A stretch of 64,000 nucleotides of DNA from Mobula hypostoma (Eukaryota). The notes under the pieces are model-generated. The model saw only the letters and a list, made by a program, of their open reading frames with translations. It ran no database searches and was not told where the DNA came from. Location: NCBI RefSeq assembly GCF_963921235.1, contig NC_086097.1, forward strand, positions 54,934,001 to 54,998,000, read 5' to 3'. The position numbers and the translations under genes are program-made. This document shows, in pieces, positions 12,301-26,047 of this stretch (positions are counted from its first letter, which is position 1; every line of letters begins with the position of its first letter).

Positions 12301-15300
12301 CAAGACCAGAAGATATGGGAGCAGAATTAGGCTATTTGGCCCATTGAATCTGCTCCACAATTTCATCACGGGTGATCCATTTTTCAACTCAGCCCCAGTC
12401 TCCTGCCATCTCCCTGTATCCTGTTCATGCCCTGACTAATAAAGAACCTATCAACCTCTGCCTTAAAAATACATAAAGACTTGGCCTTCAGAGCTGCCTA
12501 TGACAACCCAAATTCCACAGATTCACCATTCTCTAAAAGTAATTCCTCATCTCCGTCCTAAAAGGATGCCCCTCTATCTTGAGGCTGTGCCTTCTGGTCT
12601 TCGACACTCCCACCATAGGAAACAGCCTTTCCACATCCACTCTATCAAGGCCTTTCACCATTCAATAGGTTTCAATTAGGTCACCCCGCATTCTTCTAAA
12701 TTCCAGTGAATACAGGCCCACAGCCATCAAAAGCTCTTCATATGACAAGCTGTTTAATCCTAGAATAATTGTCATGAACTTCTTTTGAACCTGCTCCAGT
12801 TTCAGCGCATTCTTTCTAAGATAAGGGGCCAAAACTGCAAACAATACTCTGTAGGCCTCACCAATGGTTTATAAAGTCTGAACATTACATCCTTGCTTTT
12901 ATATTTTAGTCTTCTTGAAATGAATGCTAACATTGCATTTACCTTCCTCAAAGCAGACTCAACCTGCAAACCTTTAGGGAATCCTGCACAAGGACTCCCA
13001 AATCCCGTTCCGCCTCAGATTTTTGTATTTTCTCTCCATTTAGAAAATAGACAAATCTTACATCTCTTCCATCAAAGTGCATGACTGTACACTTCCACAT
13101 CTACCACTTCTTTGCCCATGCTCCGACTCTAAGTCCTTCTGTAGCCTCCCTATTGCCTCAAAACTATCTGCCCCTGCATCTGTCTTCATATTGTCTCAAA
13201 CTTTACAACAAAGCCATCAACTTCATCATCCAAATTATTAATATATTGTGTAAAAAGAATTGGTCCCAGCAGCCAAACAGAAAAGGCTCCCTTTATTCCC
13301 ACTCTTTGCCACCTCCCAATCAGCGACTGCTTTATCCATGCTAGAATCTTTCCTGTAATACCATAGGCTCATAGCTTATTAAGCAGTCTCATAGGTGGCA
13401 CCTTGTTAAAAACCTTCTGAAAATCCAAGTACACAACATCAACTGATTCTCCTTGATCTATCCTGCTTGTTATTTCTTCGATGAATTCAAACAGATCTGT
13501 CAGGCAAGATAGATAAGATTTTCCCTTGAGGAAACCATGCTGACTGCAGCCTATTTTATCATGTACCTCCAAGTATCCCGAAACCACAATCTTTAACAGT
13601 CGACCCCAATATCTTCCTAACCACTGAGGTCAGACTAACCTGCCTATAATTTCCTTTCTTCTGCCTCTCTCCCTTCTTGAAGAGTGGAGTGACATTTGCA
13701 ATTTTCCTGTTTTCTAGTGATTCTTGAAAGATCATTACTAAGGCCTCCACAATCTCTACAGCAACCTCTTTCAGAACTCTGGGGTGTACACCATCAAGCA
13801 CAGGTGACTTACCTACTTTCAGACAGTTAGGTTTCCTAAGAACCTTCTCTCTAGTAATGATAACTTCACACACTTCATGACTTCTGACACCTGGAACTTC
13901 CACCATACTTCTAGCATCTTCCACAGTGAAGATTGATGCTGTTACGTACCCGTAACTGGGTTGCCAAACCAGCAGAAATGGATCACTCAGTTGGAGTCTG
14001 GATTACTAGATCTAAGAAAGTTTTATTAAAGAAACAAGCAACACAGTAATCGAAAGGATAATAAATGCAACAGTTCAGCAATGATAAACACACGTGCACA
14101 GAATTAAGATAACAGGATCAATCAATCTCTATCGTTGTCTAGGGGTAAATGACCAATTTCAAAGTGACACAAAGTCCAGTTCAATTTAGTTCAGTTCGCA
14201 GTATTCGTTGCCATGGCGATGGACAATGTGGGAGGAAGGAGAGAGAAAACAAGAACAAATGATCATTCAAAACGGCTTCCACACACAGACCTGCGATATT
14301 TCTCACAAGCAGCTTTCGGGCAAGCCCTTTGTGATGTCACCTGAGGTCACCGACTGTGATCCCTCCTCCAGATGCGGTCGATCCTCTGCAGTGAACCTGG
14401 CACCCAAGCAAGGGTGGACACACACCAGGTTCCCGCTGATCGTACCTTTCCACCCTGTGCGTCTCTGGCTTGGTTCCGCAACCAGCCTTCCAAAACGACT
14501 CCCGCCGACTTGCGGGGGGGGGCCACCGCTTCCAGGGTCTCGTTACCTCGTGGTGTCGTGTGTGTCCTGCCTTAGCGAACCTGTCCCTTTTTATCCCCCT
14601 GCTGGGGTATCGCCTGTCCATCACTTCAAACAGTTCAGGGTTCAAAGGGGGAGCCGCTCTAGACAGCTCTCTCTCCCGTCCCTTCATTACACATCTCCAA
14701 ATCGCCTGTCCATCACTTCAACCAGTTCAGAGTTCAAAGGGGGAGCCGCTCCAGACAGCTCTCTCTCCCGTCCCTTCATTACACATCTCCAAATGCTGCT
14801 TCATTGTCTTCCTTATCTCTCTCTCTCCCGAAGACAGGTGGCAGACCAACTGCTGATCACACAGGACAGCTAACATCTATGTGTATTCTTGTCACAATGC
14901 AAAATGCTTAATCAGTTTATCTTCCATTTCCTTGTATCCCATTACACCTATCCAGCATCGTTTTCCAATGGTCCAATATACACTCTTGCCTCTCTTTTAC
15001 ACTTCATGTATTTGAAGAAACTTTTGGTATTGTCTTTAACATTATTAGCTAGCTTACTTTCACATTCTATCTTTATCTTCTCAATGACCTTGAGTTGCCT
15101 TCTGCTGGTATTTTAAAACTTCCCAATCCTCCAATTTCCCACTAATTTTTGCTCCATTATATGCTCTCTCTTTGGCTTTTGTGTTGGGTTTGACTTCCCT
15201 TGTTAGCCATGGTTGTGTTATCTTGCCTTTGGAATACTTCTTCCTCTTCGGGATGTGTATATCCTGTGCCTTCTGAATTGCTTCCAGAAATTCCAGCCAT

Positions 15301-16420
15301 TGCTGCTCTGCCATCATCCCTGCAAGTGTTCTTTTCCAATCAATTTTAGCCAACTCTTCTCTCATGCCTCTGTAGCTTCCCTTACACCACTGTAATAATG
15401 ATACATCTGACTTTAGCTTCTTCTTCTCAAAGTTTAGGAAGTATTCGATCATATTATGATCACTTTCCCCTAAGGACTCTAATCAATTGTGGTTCATTGT
15501 ACAACACCCAATCCAGAATAGCTGATCCCCCTCATGGGCTCAACCACAAGCTGCTCTAAAAAGCCATCTCATAGGCATTTTAGAAACTCCCCCTCTTGGA
15601 ATCCTGCGCTAACCTGATTTTCCCAATCTACCTGCCCATTGAAATCTCCCATGACTATTGTAACATTGCCCTTTTGGCATACATTTTCTATTTCCCTTTG
15701 TAACTTGTAGACCACATCCCTACTACTGTTTGAGGGGTGGGGGCCGTATATAACTCCCACCAGGGTTTTTTTACCCTTGCAGTTCCTTAACCCTATCTAC
15801 AATGATTCAAGACCTTCTGATAGATTTCATCTCTTTCTACTGATTTCATTTCACTTTTTACTTACAGAGCCACACCAACCCCTCTGCCTTCTTGTCTGTC
15901 CTTTCGACGCAACGTGTATTCTTGGACATTAAGCTCCCAGCTATAATCTTCTTTTAGCCATGATTCAGTAATGCCTACAACATCATTCTTGCCAATATGT
16001 AACGGTGCTACAAGTTCATCGACCTTATTTTGTATACTATGTGCATTTGAATATAACACCTTTAGTCCTGTATTCACCTTTTTCAATTTTGTCCGTCTTT
16101 TATGTTGCCACTCATACTGTTGACTGCAATTTTTTAGCCCTGCCTTCAGCCTCTCCTTGCTAGGAGTCTCACTACACATTGCCTCTGTTTGTAAACCAAT
16201 AACCTCATCTTCAGTGTTATCACTCTGGTTTCCCCTGCTAAATTAGTTTGAACCCACCCCGAACATCTTTAGCCAACTTGCCCGCAAGGATATTGGACTC
16301 CCTCAGGTGTAACTCATCCCTTTTGAACAGGTCATACCTTCTCCAGAAGAGATCCTAATGATTCATAAACCCGAATCCTTGCACCAGTTCTCCTTGCACG
16401 CATTCACCTGCTAAACCACA
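12301..16420 (-). mobile_element. Decayed CR1 LINE (APE endonuclease + RT), interrupted by a solo LTR
   Basis: Fragments YSNAHSIQNK, VGITESWL, IVMGDFN, PWLTREV, IANVTPLFKKG...NYR.VSLTSVV, QHGFLKGKS, DVVYLDFQK. Many stops and frameshifts. Confidence 0.92.
13940..14896 (-). mobile_element. Solo LTR of the Gmr1-like Gypsy family (variant subfamily), 4-bp TSD ATGC
   Basis: Reverse-complement homology to the 25172-26025 LTR. TGT...ACA termini. ATGC at 13936-13939 and 14897-14900. Internal tandem duplication of about 90 bp (about 14609-14790). Confidence 0.93.
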
Positions 16421-16689
16421 ATGTCTCCTGTGAGGTAACTGAGTTTCAATTTTCGGGGCGCTATTAGGATTTGTGCGAGCAGCTCTGATGGAAATCATCA
16501 AGTACTTAGACTGTAACAGCTGAAATCCTCAGCTACAGCCATAGACAATATAGTAAGTGACATTGTTTTAAGGCAACTAAAAAATCTACCGCTACTCAAA
16601 GTCGACGAATCTCGAGGATCTCTGTTGGCTGGTACAGTTCCCCTTTAGGACAGCAGAAAAGAGGATGACACGCTGATTTAAAAGTTCAT

Positions 16690-18400
16690 TTAAGGAGACA
16701 AGGGTTTTGGCTAGCACTAGTAAACAGCAAGATTGCTGTACCAGAGGGACATTAATACCTGTTGTGTTTTATGTTTCACAGAGTCTTGGTTATCCCTGCC
16801 ATTCCAGATGCAGTGATACAGCCCGCTGACTTCACAAATCACCACCAACATAGGACTGCTGAGTCTTTCAAAGGCAGTGGAGGTGGAGTATGCTTTATGA
16901 TCAACTCCTTGTGGTGTACAAATATGGCAGTTCTGTCCCAGTCCTGTTCACACAACTTGGAACATCTTGGAATCAAGTGTCGTCCATTTTATCTGTTGTG
17001 GGAATTTTCAGCCATCATCTTAATAGCGGTGTATGTCCCACCTCAAGCTCATATCAAACAGGCTCTAGGTGCACTGAGTAACGTAATCAACAGGCGTGAA
17101 ACAGCCAACCCAGATGCCTTCCTCATCATTTGGGGGTATTTTAACTAGGGCAGCTTGAAAAGAACTCTAAATAATTATTACCAACATACCAGTTGTGGAA
17201 CTAGAGGAGCCAACACACTGGACCACTGTTATAGAACCATCAAGAGTGCTTACCGTGCCATCCCACGCTCACATTGTGGAAAGTTTGATCACCTGGCTGT
17301 ACTTCTGCTCCCTGAGAACAGGCAGAGAATAGACAGCAGCACCGGTAGTTGCATTCAAGTCTAGTGATCCAGGACTACACTAGGCCAGGTACGACTTCCA
17401 GAGGGCTATCTTAAGAGCAAAAGGACATTTCTGAATGAGGTTAGAGGTGGAACCGGATGCATGTCAACTCTGGCAGGGTTTAGAGGTCATTACTTTCGAC
17501 AAAGCACGTGGCAATGATGCTTCACTCCCAGATGAGTTCAATACCTTTTATGCTCACTTTGAAAAAGAGAATAAAACTACAGCTATGAGGATCCCTGCAG
17601 CACCCAGTGACCCTGTGATGTCTGCCTTGGAGGCTGATGTCAGATCGTCTTTCAAGAGGGTGAACCCTCGCAAGGTGACAGGCCCTGATGGGGTACCTGG
17701 TAGGTCTCTGAAAACCTGTGCCAACCAACAGGTGGGTGTGTTCAAAGACATTTTCAATCCCTCATTGCTACAGTTGTACATTTTCACCTACTTCAAAAGG
17801 GCAACAATCATACCAGTGCCCAAGAATAACAGGGTGAGCTGCCTTAATGATAATCATCCAGTAATACTCACATCTACGGTGATAAAGTGCTTTGAGAGGT
17901 TGGTTATGACTAGAATGAACTCTTGTCTCAGTAAGAATCTGAACCCACTGCAATTTGCCTACTGCTACAACAGATCTACAGCAGATGTGTTCTCACTGTC
18001 TCTTAATGCTGTCTTGGATCACCTGGAAAACACTAATACTTATGTCAGGATGCTGTTCATTCACTACAGCTCAGCATTTAATACAATCATTCCTACAGGT
18101 CCAAAACTTGGGCCTTTGTACCTTCCTCTGCAACTGGATCCTCTACTTTGGCACTGGAAGACCACAGTCTGGGTGGATCAGAAATAACATCTCCACCTTG
18201 CTGATAATCAACAATGGCACACCTCATGGATGTGTGTTTAGCCCATTGCTCTACTCTCACTACACTTATGATTGCGTGGCTGGACACAGCTCAAATGCCA
18301 TCTATAAATTTGTTGATGACACAACTATAGTCAGAATTTCAGATGGTGATGAATAGACGTACAGGGGCGAATTACTGTATATCAGCTAGGTGATGCAGCA
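16690..18400 (+). mobile_element. Decayed Rex1/Babar-like LINE (EN + RT), 3'-truncated
   Basis: Motifs GGGVCFMIN, AVYVPPQA, TRGANTLDHCY, GPDGVPGR, IIPVPK, KCFERLV, LQFAY, SSAFNTIIP, G.P.GCV.SPLLYS, KFVDDTT. Confidence 0.9.
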
Positions 18401-20053
18401 TCAACCTTCTCGCATCTCGCACTTAGCTCCAACAAAGTTTGTCATATTATTAGAGCACTGTTCACAAACCTGTCCTTGTCTTGCTATAAAGCATCAAAGT
18501 GCATTAACAAAGAAATCTGTATCTAAAAAAGATGCCACTTCAATGTGAACAGCTCGCATAGCTGGACAGGTAAATATGACCCCATACCTCTTCACTCTAC
18601 TCTTCTGGTGCTTCACCTTACAGTAGTCTACTCCTACACCTGTAAATGGAAGTTTATCTGAGGAGACCCTGTCCACAGGTAGATCTGCCATGTGCTAGCA
18701 TCCTGGAGCTACCTGCAACCAGTGATAAACAACACACTTAGGCTGGATTCTTGTTAATGCTGTATGGGCACTGGGAATCCAGTCATTTTGGTACAACCTG
18801 GATAACATATGGTTACCGTGTCCCGCCTCTTCATGTAACGGCCTCAGAATGATGTCTGAGATATGAATATCCTTTGCCAGTATAACAGGATGTTTAAACT
18901 CTACAGGCATGGCTGCCCTACTAAGCTGTCCAGCAACTCTCCAGGCACCATCTTCAAGGACTGGATTGAGCTTGAAAATATGGCTGTTCTTTTTCACACT
19001 TTCTCCACTTTGCAAACTTAAGAATTCATCTGGAAATCTTTCTTTGACAAAACCCAATGATATCCATTTCAGCCTTTCTGAACTCCTCCATTGAGTGCCA
19101 ATCTCACCTGGTCTGATCCTTGGCCTTTTCAATCTCTTTCTCTCTTCCCTCCCCCCCCCGCCCCCAAAAGAATACCCTTGTCGTCCTTCATCCAAGTCAG
19201 ACTGAGGAAATATTTGTTTGCATTCTCTTGTGAGTAAGAAATAACAGCAGGTTCTTAAATCTAAGAATCCAGGCCACTGTCTTTCTCAAACAGATCCAAG
19301 ATGAGAAATGATGGATTATATGTGTTACTGCATCCACCTTCCCTTCAATTTACGTGGCATTCATTGTAACATTCCCCTTGACTTCCAGGTCATCTAGCAG
19401 AAGTTCTCCAGGACAATCGGGATTCACAGGCCATTCACTTTCAGGCTGAAGAAGATACTGAGGCCCTGACACCCATGTCTCACTCCTCAGGAATGCTTTC
19501 ACTTTCAACTGCCTAGATGCCACATCTACTGGATGTTTACATACCTCCGACTGAGATGCTTGTGATACCTTAAGCGTTTCTGAAAGTCTGTTTGTGACGA
19601 AAGTTTGGAACCTGGAAGTTTCATTTTTGATATACTTCAGCACAGAACACAAAACACTGAGTCCTGAAACTGCACGTGCAACTCCTTCCTCCACAATGTG
19701 TTCAAAGGGCTTGCCATTGTAGCAGTGGTGAGCTCCATTTGAGGGATGGAAACTGGCTTCACCAGACCCACCCTAGATTTTCCCATGATAAAAGCACTGT
19801 GCACCTGACAGTGCATGCTGTGCAACAATAGGTAGGTCACTGCTCCATAGCCATCTTTGCTTGCATCTGTAAAATGGTGTAATTGTGCAGCAGTAACTTC
19901 TCCAAACTCCAGAAGTTTCAAACATCTAACAACCTTTAAGTCTTCCAACTGGCAGAGTTCTTTCAGCCAGCTTGTCCACTCATGAGCAACTGATGTTGGT
20001 ATAGTGTCATCCCAGCCAAGCACTTACTTACATAGATCTTGTAGGAAATTCTT

Positions 20054-20380
20054 AAGACAATAGGTGCAGGAGTAGGCCATTCGGCCCTTCGAGTCAGCAC
20101 CGCCATTCACTGTGATCATGGCTGATCGTCCACAATCAGTATCCAGTTCCTGCCTTATCGCCATAACCTTTGATTCCACTGCCTTCTGGGGCAGAGCATT
20201 CCACGTATCCACCACTCTCTGAGTGAAAAAGTTTTTCCTCAACTCCGTTCTAAATGGCCTACCCCTTATTCTTAAACTGTGGCCTCTGGTTCCAGACTCA
20301 CCCATCGGCAGGAACATGCTTCCTGCCTCCAGCGTGTCCAATCCCTTAATAATCTTATATGTTTCAATCAGATCCCCTCT
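20054..20380 (-). mobile_element. Short CR1 3' fragment inside the BEL element
   Basis: Near-identical to 55104-55630 apart from an internal deletion. Encodes TRGHSLRIRGRPFRTELRKNFFTQRVV. Confidence 0.88.
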
Positions 20381-20667
20381 TAGCAGATAGCACCACTGGA
20401 CTCAAGATTCCTAAAGATCACAGATGGAACTAACTGTGCAGAGGATCCCCCGTCTGGTGATCGGTCTATCTTGGATCATGATCTTAAATTTGCAAGTATC
20501 AGACTGAATGCAATGTTGCACACCCAGTACTCTCTTCACTGAAGGTATATCTTGATCCAGATCCTTCATGTCTTTCACTCTTTGCTCTTCTGGTATCACA
20601 GCCAGCACACTATGTCTGTTGCTTATCCACCTTGTGATTCTAAAGCCACCTCTAGCAAAAATGGATA

Positions 20668-22210
20668 CAGGTGTCCCCCGCTTTTCGAATGTTCGCTTTA
20701 CGAAACCTCACTGTTACGAAAGACCTACATTAATACCCTGTTTTCGCTTTCAGAAGGTGTTTTCACTGTTACAAAGAAAGGCAGCGCATGATAAAAAATC
20801 AGCGCGCGCCCCGAGCAGCCGCTCTGCCCCGGATTTGGAATGGCATTGCTGAAACACGTTGCATTGAGCAGCCGTTAGCAAGATGAATTGTAAGGTGTCG
20901 GAAAAGCCTGAAAGAGTAAGGGTGTTACACTTAGCGTAAAACTAGACATAATTAAGCGTTTCGATCGTGGTGAACGAAGCAAGGATAAAGTGAGTTTAGC
21001 TTGTGGAAGGTGACGAAGATGCTGTTGAAGAGGTTTCGGCATCCCATGACCAAGAACTGATAGATGAAGAGCTGATGCAATTGGAAGAGGAAAGGATAAC
21101 AATCGAAACCGAATGCAGAAAGTGAAGCAACTGCATGAGATTTTCGCTGCAATGATAAAGTACGACTTTAATTTTGAAAGGGTACATAGGTTTAAGGGAT
21201 ATTTGCAGGATGGTTTGAGTGCTTACAAACAACTGTATGATAGAAAACTGCGCGAGGCTCAGCAGTCAAGCAAGCCTTCTATATTAGCCACAGCAGACGA
21301 CGAACCTCAACCTTCGACATCGAGGCAGGCAGTCATAGGAGAAGATGAGCTGCCTGCCCTGATCGACGATGAGATGACACCCCCGTGTCCCACCACCCCA
21401 ACATCCGGGCCCCGGACAGATGCTGTACCGATTCGCAAAGAACACAGCGGTAGCCGGGAGGCACACAGCACATCTTTAAGAAAAAAGCCAAAATAAACAT
21501 GCTAATTAATTAGGTGCCGCCTAGAACGTAATTGTCAGCCCAGATCAGAGGCGATGCAATCGGCAATCGCCTCTGATCTGTGCCGACATTTATGTGCCGG
21601 GCAGCGCCTAATTAATTAGCATGTTTATTTCGGCTTTTTTCTTAACGATATGCTGTGTGCCTCCCGGCTACCGCTGCGTTCTTTGCGGCAATGTATCGGG
21701 TTGGCGGCCCGTAGGGTGGGGGCCACTGCACCACCCAGCCTGCGACAACTCAGTCTAACACACCATCATCAGTGTGCACGGCGCTGTTTTCCCAATTCCG
21801 GTAAGTGATACTACACTGTACATACATTATTTCTACTTTATATAGGCTGTGTATTTTTAAGTGTTATTTGGTAGATTTGGCAGCTTCATAGTTTAAAGGT
21901 TACTGGAGAGTGCGTTTATGCCAATAGCGCTTGTGTGAGATTTTCGCTACTGAGATCTGTGCAATCGTTGTACAGAAATATTTCTACTTTATATAGGCTG
22001 TGTATTTATCATATCATTCCTGTTTTTACTATATGTTACAGTTATTTTAGGTTTTATGTGTTATTTGGCATGATTTGGTAGGTTATTTCTGCGAACGCTC
22101 ACAAAATTTTCCCATATAAATAAATGGTAATTGCTTCTTCGCTTTACGACATTTTGGCTTACGAACTGTTTCATAGGAACGCTCTACCTTTGGATGGTGG
22201 GGGAAACCTG
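20668..22210 (+). mobile_element. Non-autonomous Tigger/pogo (Tc1/mariner) element, TA TSD
   Basis: TA|CAGGTGTCCCCCGC ... GTGGGGGAAACCTG|TA. Remnants of the CENP-B-like N-terminus (VTLSVKLDIIKRFDRGERSKD) and the Tigger C-terminus (SHDQELIDEELMQLEEE; YDFNFER). Confidence 0.9.
21434..21687. repeat. Imperfect palindrome of about 250 bp inside the Tigger element
   Basis: Arm CGCAAAGAACACAGCGGTAGCCGGGAGGCACACAGCA...AAATAAACATGCTAATTAATTAGG...CAGATCAGAGGCGAT is mirrored by ATCGCCTCTGATCTG...CCTAATTAATTAGCATGTTTATTT...TGCTGTGTGCCTCCCGGCTACCGCTGCGTTCTTTGCG. Confidence 0.9.
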
Positions 22211-23650
22211 TATAAGGCCATGATAGCGAGACACCGCTTCTTCCTCAGAGGACAATGACACAAGATAGTCATCAACATAGAAACAATGCATAACCTTATC
22301 TATCATCAATGAAGAACTGTTCTTCATTGCCTCTGCACATTTCCTAAGAGTGAAGTTGACACAGCTCAGTGATGAAGTTGCTTTAAAGAAATGTACCACC
22401 ATATAAAAGTCAGAAGTTGAGCTGCTAATAGAGCCAAATGGGAGCCATATCAAAGCTGAGGTCACCATCAGGCCACTAGAGAAACCTCAGCAGATCTGCA
22501 TCTTCCACTGGTACCTCAACCTGAGAAATATTAATTCAATCTCTGTCATGATCATTACTGGTTATGAATCTGGCTATGACTCCTATCAGTGAGCTAGTAT
22601 GATACGTTCTTTGTAAAAGCTGAACATTAAGTGGTCACTCCACAGTAAACACAACATGAAGTTTCCCTTTCCTTTTTCTGGGGTGATAAACACTACGATG
22701 TGGAATATACCAGACTTCCACATCACTGCATTCCAGATCCTCCGCTGGCACTCTTTCAGCATAAACTTTGGAGATGACATCACATGAAAGTTGTGTAGTC
22801 AGTGTGAAATGACAAATCTTCCTTAAAACTCTTCCTTAGATTTAGAACACTCTGTTCTGCAATCCTCCTATTATTTGGCATGTTCACCTCTTTCTTTCTC
22901 AAAAATAAACTAATCTGGTAGTGGCCAACCACCAGTTTTACAGAATTTGCAACCAGCTCCATGAACTTGTGGTCCTCTCTTGACAAACTAGGTTGTTCAT
23001 CCTGACTGCTTTCAGGGAAGTCTGCTTTAAACTGCTGCTGTCAAAGCTCGTCCTATTTCAAACCTGAGATGCTGTTAACTGTCAGCTCATGCTTTGCACA
23101 ATCTCTCCCATCATTGTCTCCTTTCAGTGGTCCATTAACAGTCCAGCTCAACATTGTTCTGGTTGCATAAGGTCCATCATTAAGACTATGAATCTCTTGC
23201 AATGGCTCCAATGCTTTAGCAGCTCAACTTCTGAATCAATCGCTGGCAAATGGACACACTTCAGGTGAGACCATCCCTGGAAATCCCTCTCTCGTGGAAT
23301 GTTCCATTTATGGACAGGCATACTTTCCTGCATATAGATGTTAAGTAGTTCACAATAGTTTTCATTATCTAAGCCAGACGCTTCCAATCCTGAAACAATG
23401 TAGCTACTCACGATCTTCTCTTGACCCATGGCATGTAAGATAATGTGTCCTTTTTCCTGTGAGGTTGGGCTTGTTCATGGAGCTGTTCCAAGCACTGCTG
23501 TACTTCCTAGGAAAGCATAAGTAACCACCGTGTTGTTACCCTTCTTAGATTTCACTTGTACTGGAAGTTTACAATCATGATCACCAGCCCTTGCAAGGCC
23601 ATTAGATACCTGGGCACTATTCACTGCTGTGTCTGTTTCTTTCACGGCTT

Positions 23651-24390
23651 GTTCAAAGTTCAAAGTAAATTTATTATCAAAGTGCATATGTAACATGCTG
23701 TAAAGTTTCACTGCTAATGTAATGGCCTCTCTGTAATGTTTCACTGCTAATGTAATGGTTTCTCTGTAGCAGCAATGTTTGGGTTATGACTAGAGACAAC
23801 TGGGATTTTGGAATGTACGTTATCCAATAAGAGGGATGTTGTTCTTTCTTGTGAGTCTGTTAGAGAGATTTTCATGGTCATTTGTCGGTGAGAGAAGAAG
23901 AAGGAAGACGCGTGTGCAGGGAGCTGGGAGATGACCAGACCGAGTGGACTGGGAGCGAGGGTCCGAAGGTTGGCGACTCATGGAGGAGGTCGATGGTTGA
24001 TGAATAGCCGTACCAGTGAGCTTCAACGTGCACCTTTGACTTTTTTCCTTAAAATGGGCTCATTTTCTTTACTAACCCTGTATTCAGATTAAGATTTATA
24101 AAATTCAATCCTTTAATTGTATATGGTGTACTGTCTGATATTTTGCGGTGCAGATTTGTAACCGGGCAACACACCATGAGGTTTCTCAGTTTGGCGGGGC
24201 CAGAAGTGGTCTTCCCCTAGACAAACGCATGCTGGCCAAGCCTGAGGGTTATCACCACGTACAACCCGGAGATTCTTTTTCTGCAGGTGTGTTTAACAAA
24301 TCTATAGAACAGTAAATGTAAACTATAAATATCAGGAACTTTAACTGTAAATAAACTGTACAAATGCAGATATAAACAAATAGCAGATGT
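23651..24390. mobile_element. LINE 3' tail (minus) interrupted by a probable solo-LTR-like insert of about 560 bp (about 23695-24253)
   Basis: The GTTCAAAGTTCAAAGTAAATTTATTATCAAAG tail resumes near 24254 (CCACGTACAACCCGGAGATTC). The intervening sequence is unrelated to BEL. No convincing TSD found. Confidence 0.45.
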
Positions 24391-25171
24391 TTTGATTCTG
24401 CACCCTTTTCTTCAGAGTGAATATGATGTCTGCTGGGATGCTTGCCATTGCAGGTCATGCATGAAATATGCTTCCTGCAATCCTTGCTGATGAGTCCTGT
24501 ACACAGATAGCTAAGCAGATCATCATCATCAGGTGCCATGCCCAGTTTGAGCTTTGACTGCCATGGCCCACACACTCCAGTTTTGGGTGAAGTGGATCAA
24601 TTCATTGGTATTCACTTCCAGTTCTCTGGCTGCTGTCTCATTTATCATTTGTCTTTGCCTTCCTTTTGCTTTCTTCCCTTCAACCTTTCCCATAATTACT
24701 GTACATTCTAACTCCTCTTTCCCAGTCACATGTCCAATGAAGTTACGTTGCCTTTTCATGATCTCATACATTATTTCCCTTTTTGTGTTTGCTCTGTTCA
24801 TGACATCCTCGTTAGATATTCGTTTCATCCATGATATTCTTTGCATCCTCCTCAAAAAACATATCTCTACTGCTTCAATTCATTCCCTCATGTTACTAGA
24901 TATTGTCCAACATTCTGATCCATATAACATAACTGGATAAACGTAACATTTCAGTACTCTGAGGCGGGTTGTCATGCCTAGTTTAGTGTTGGTCAGTATA
25001 CTCTTCATTCTTGTAAAGGTGTCTTTTGCCATCCCTGTTCTTCTTTCCATGTCGCACCTGCCATATGATTTCACCCAGCTTCCTAAGTAGCAAAAGTTCT
25101 GTACTTGTTTTATGTCTTCCCCGTTTATTTTCAGCCTACAGATAGGAATCTCCTTCTTTTTGGATATCACC

Positions 25172-26025
25172 TGTTACGAGAATACACATAAAATTAAGAT
25201 GTTTGCTGGCCTGGGCTAGCATCAGTGGCATCAGCAGTTGGTCTGCCACCTGCCCTCAGGGGAAGGAGAGATAAGGAACAATGGAGCAGCGTCTGGAGAT
25301 GTGTAATGAAGGGATGTGGGAGGAAGAGCTGTCTGGAGCGGCTCCCCCCTTTGAACCCTGAACTGTTTGAAGTGATGGACAGGCGATACCCCAGCAGGGG
25401 GATAAAAAGGGGACAGGTTCGCTAAGACAGACACACGCCACCCGAGGTAACGAGACCCTGGAAGCGGTGCGCCTCTCACGAGTGGTGAGAAGTACCGGAC
25501 AACGCACAGGGTGGAAAGGTACGATCAGCGGGAACCCGGTGTGTGTCCGCCCTTGCCTGGGTGCCGGGTTCACTGCAGAGGATCGACCGCATCTGGAGGA
25601 GGGGTCACAGTCGGTGACCTCAGGTGACATCACCAAGGACCCGCCCAAAAGTTGCTCGTGAGAAATCTCGCTGGTCTGTGAGTGAAGCTGTGCTGAATGA
25701 TGAGTTGTTCTCTCTGTCTCTCTTCCCCCACCTTTGTCCATCGCCATGGCAACGATTACTGCGAACTGAACTACAAACTGGACTGAACTTTGAGTCATTT
25801 TGAAATTGGTCATTTACCCCTAGACAACGATAGAGCTTGATTGATGCTGTTATCTTAATTCTGTGTACATGTGTGGTTATCATTGTTGAATTGTTGCATT
25901 TATTATCCTTTCGATTACTGTGTTGCTTGTTTCTTTAATAAAACTTTCTTAGTTCTAGTACTCCAGACTCCAACTGAGTGATCCATTTCTGCTGGTTTGG
26001 CAACCCAGTTACGGGGTACGTAACA
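25172..26025 (+). repeat. 5' LTR (854 bp)
   Basis: TGTTACG...CGTAACA inverted termini. AATAAA near 25937. Direct repeat of 29295-30148. Confidence 0.97.
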
Positions 26026-26029
26026 TAAG

Positions 26030-26047
26030 TGGGGGCTCGTCCGGGAT
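26030..26047 (+). promoter_or_regulatory. Primer binding site, tRNA-Pro
   Basis: TGGGGGCTCGTCCGGGAT, the 18-mer known as the MLV tRNA-Pro PBS, begins 4 nt after the 5' LTR. Confidence 0.93.

Noticed and set aside
18426..18434. GCTCCAACA matching the BEL LTR end, suggesting a third LTR
   Set aside because: It is the reverse complement of the integrase codons for (N)FVGA, so the match is coincidental.
25225..25883. Identical ORF sets at 25.2-25.9 kb and 29.3-30.0 kb (up to 185 aa) suggesting duplicated genes
   Set aside because: They are incidental frames within the two LTRs and are not preserved in the solo LTR variant.
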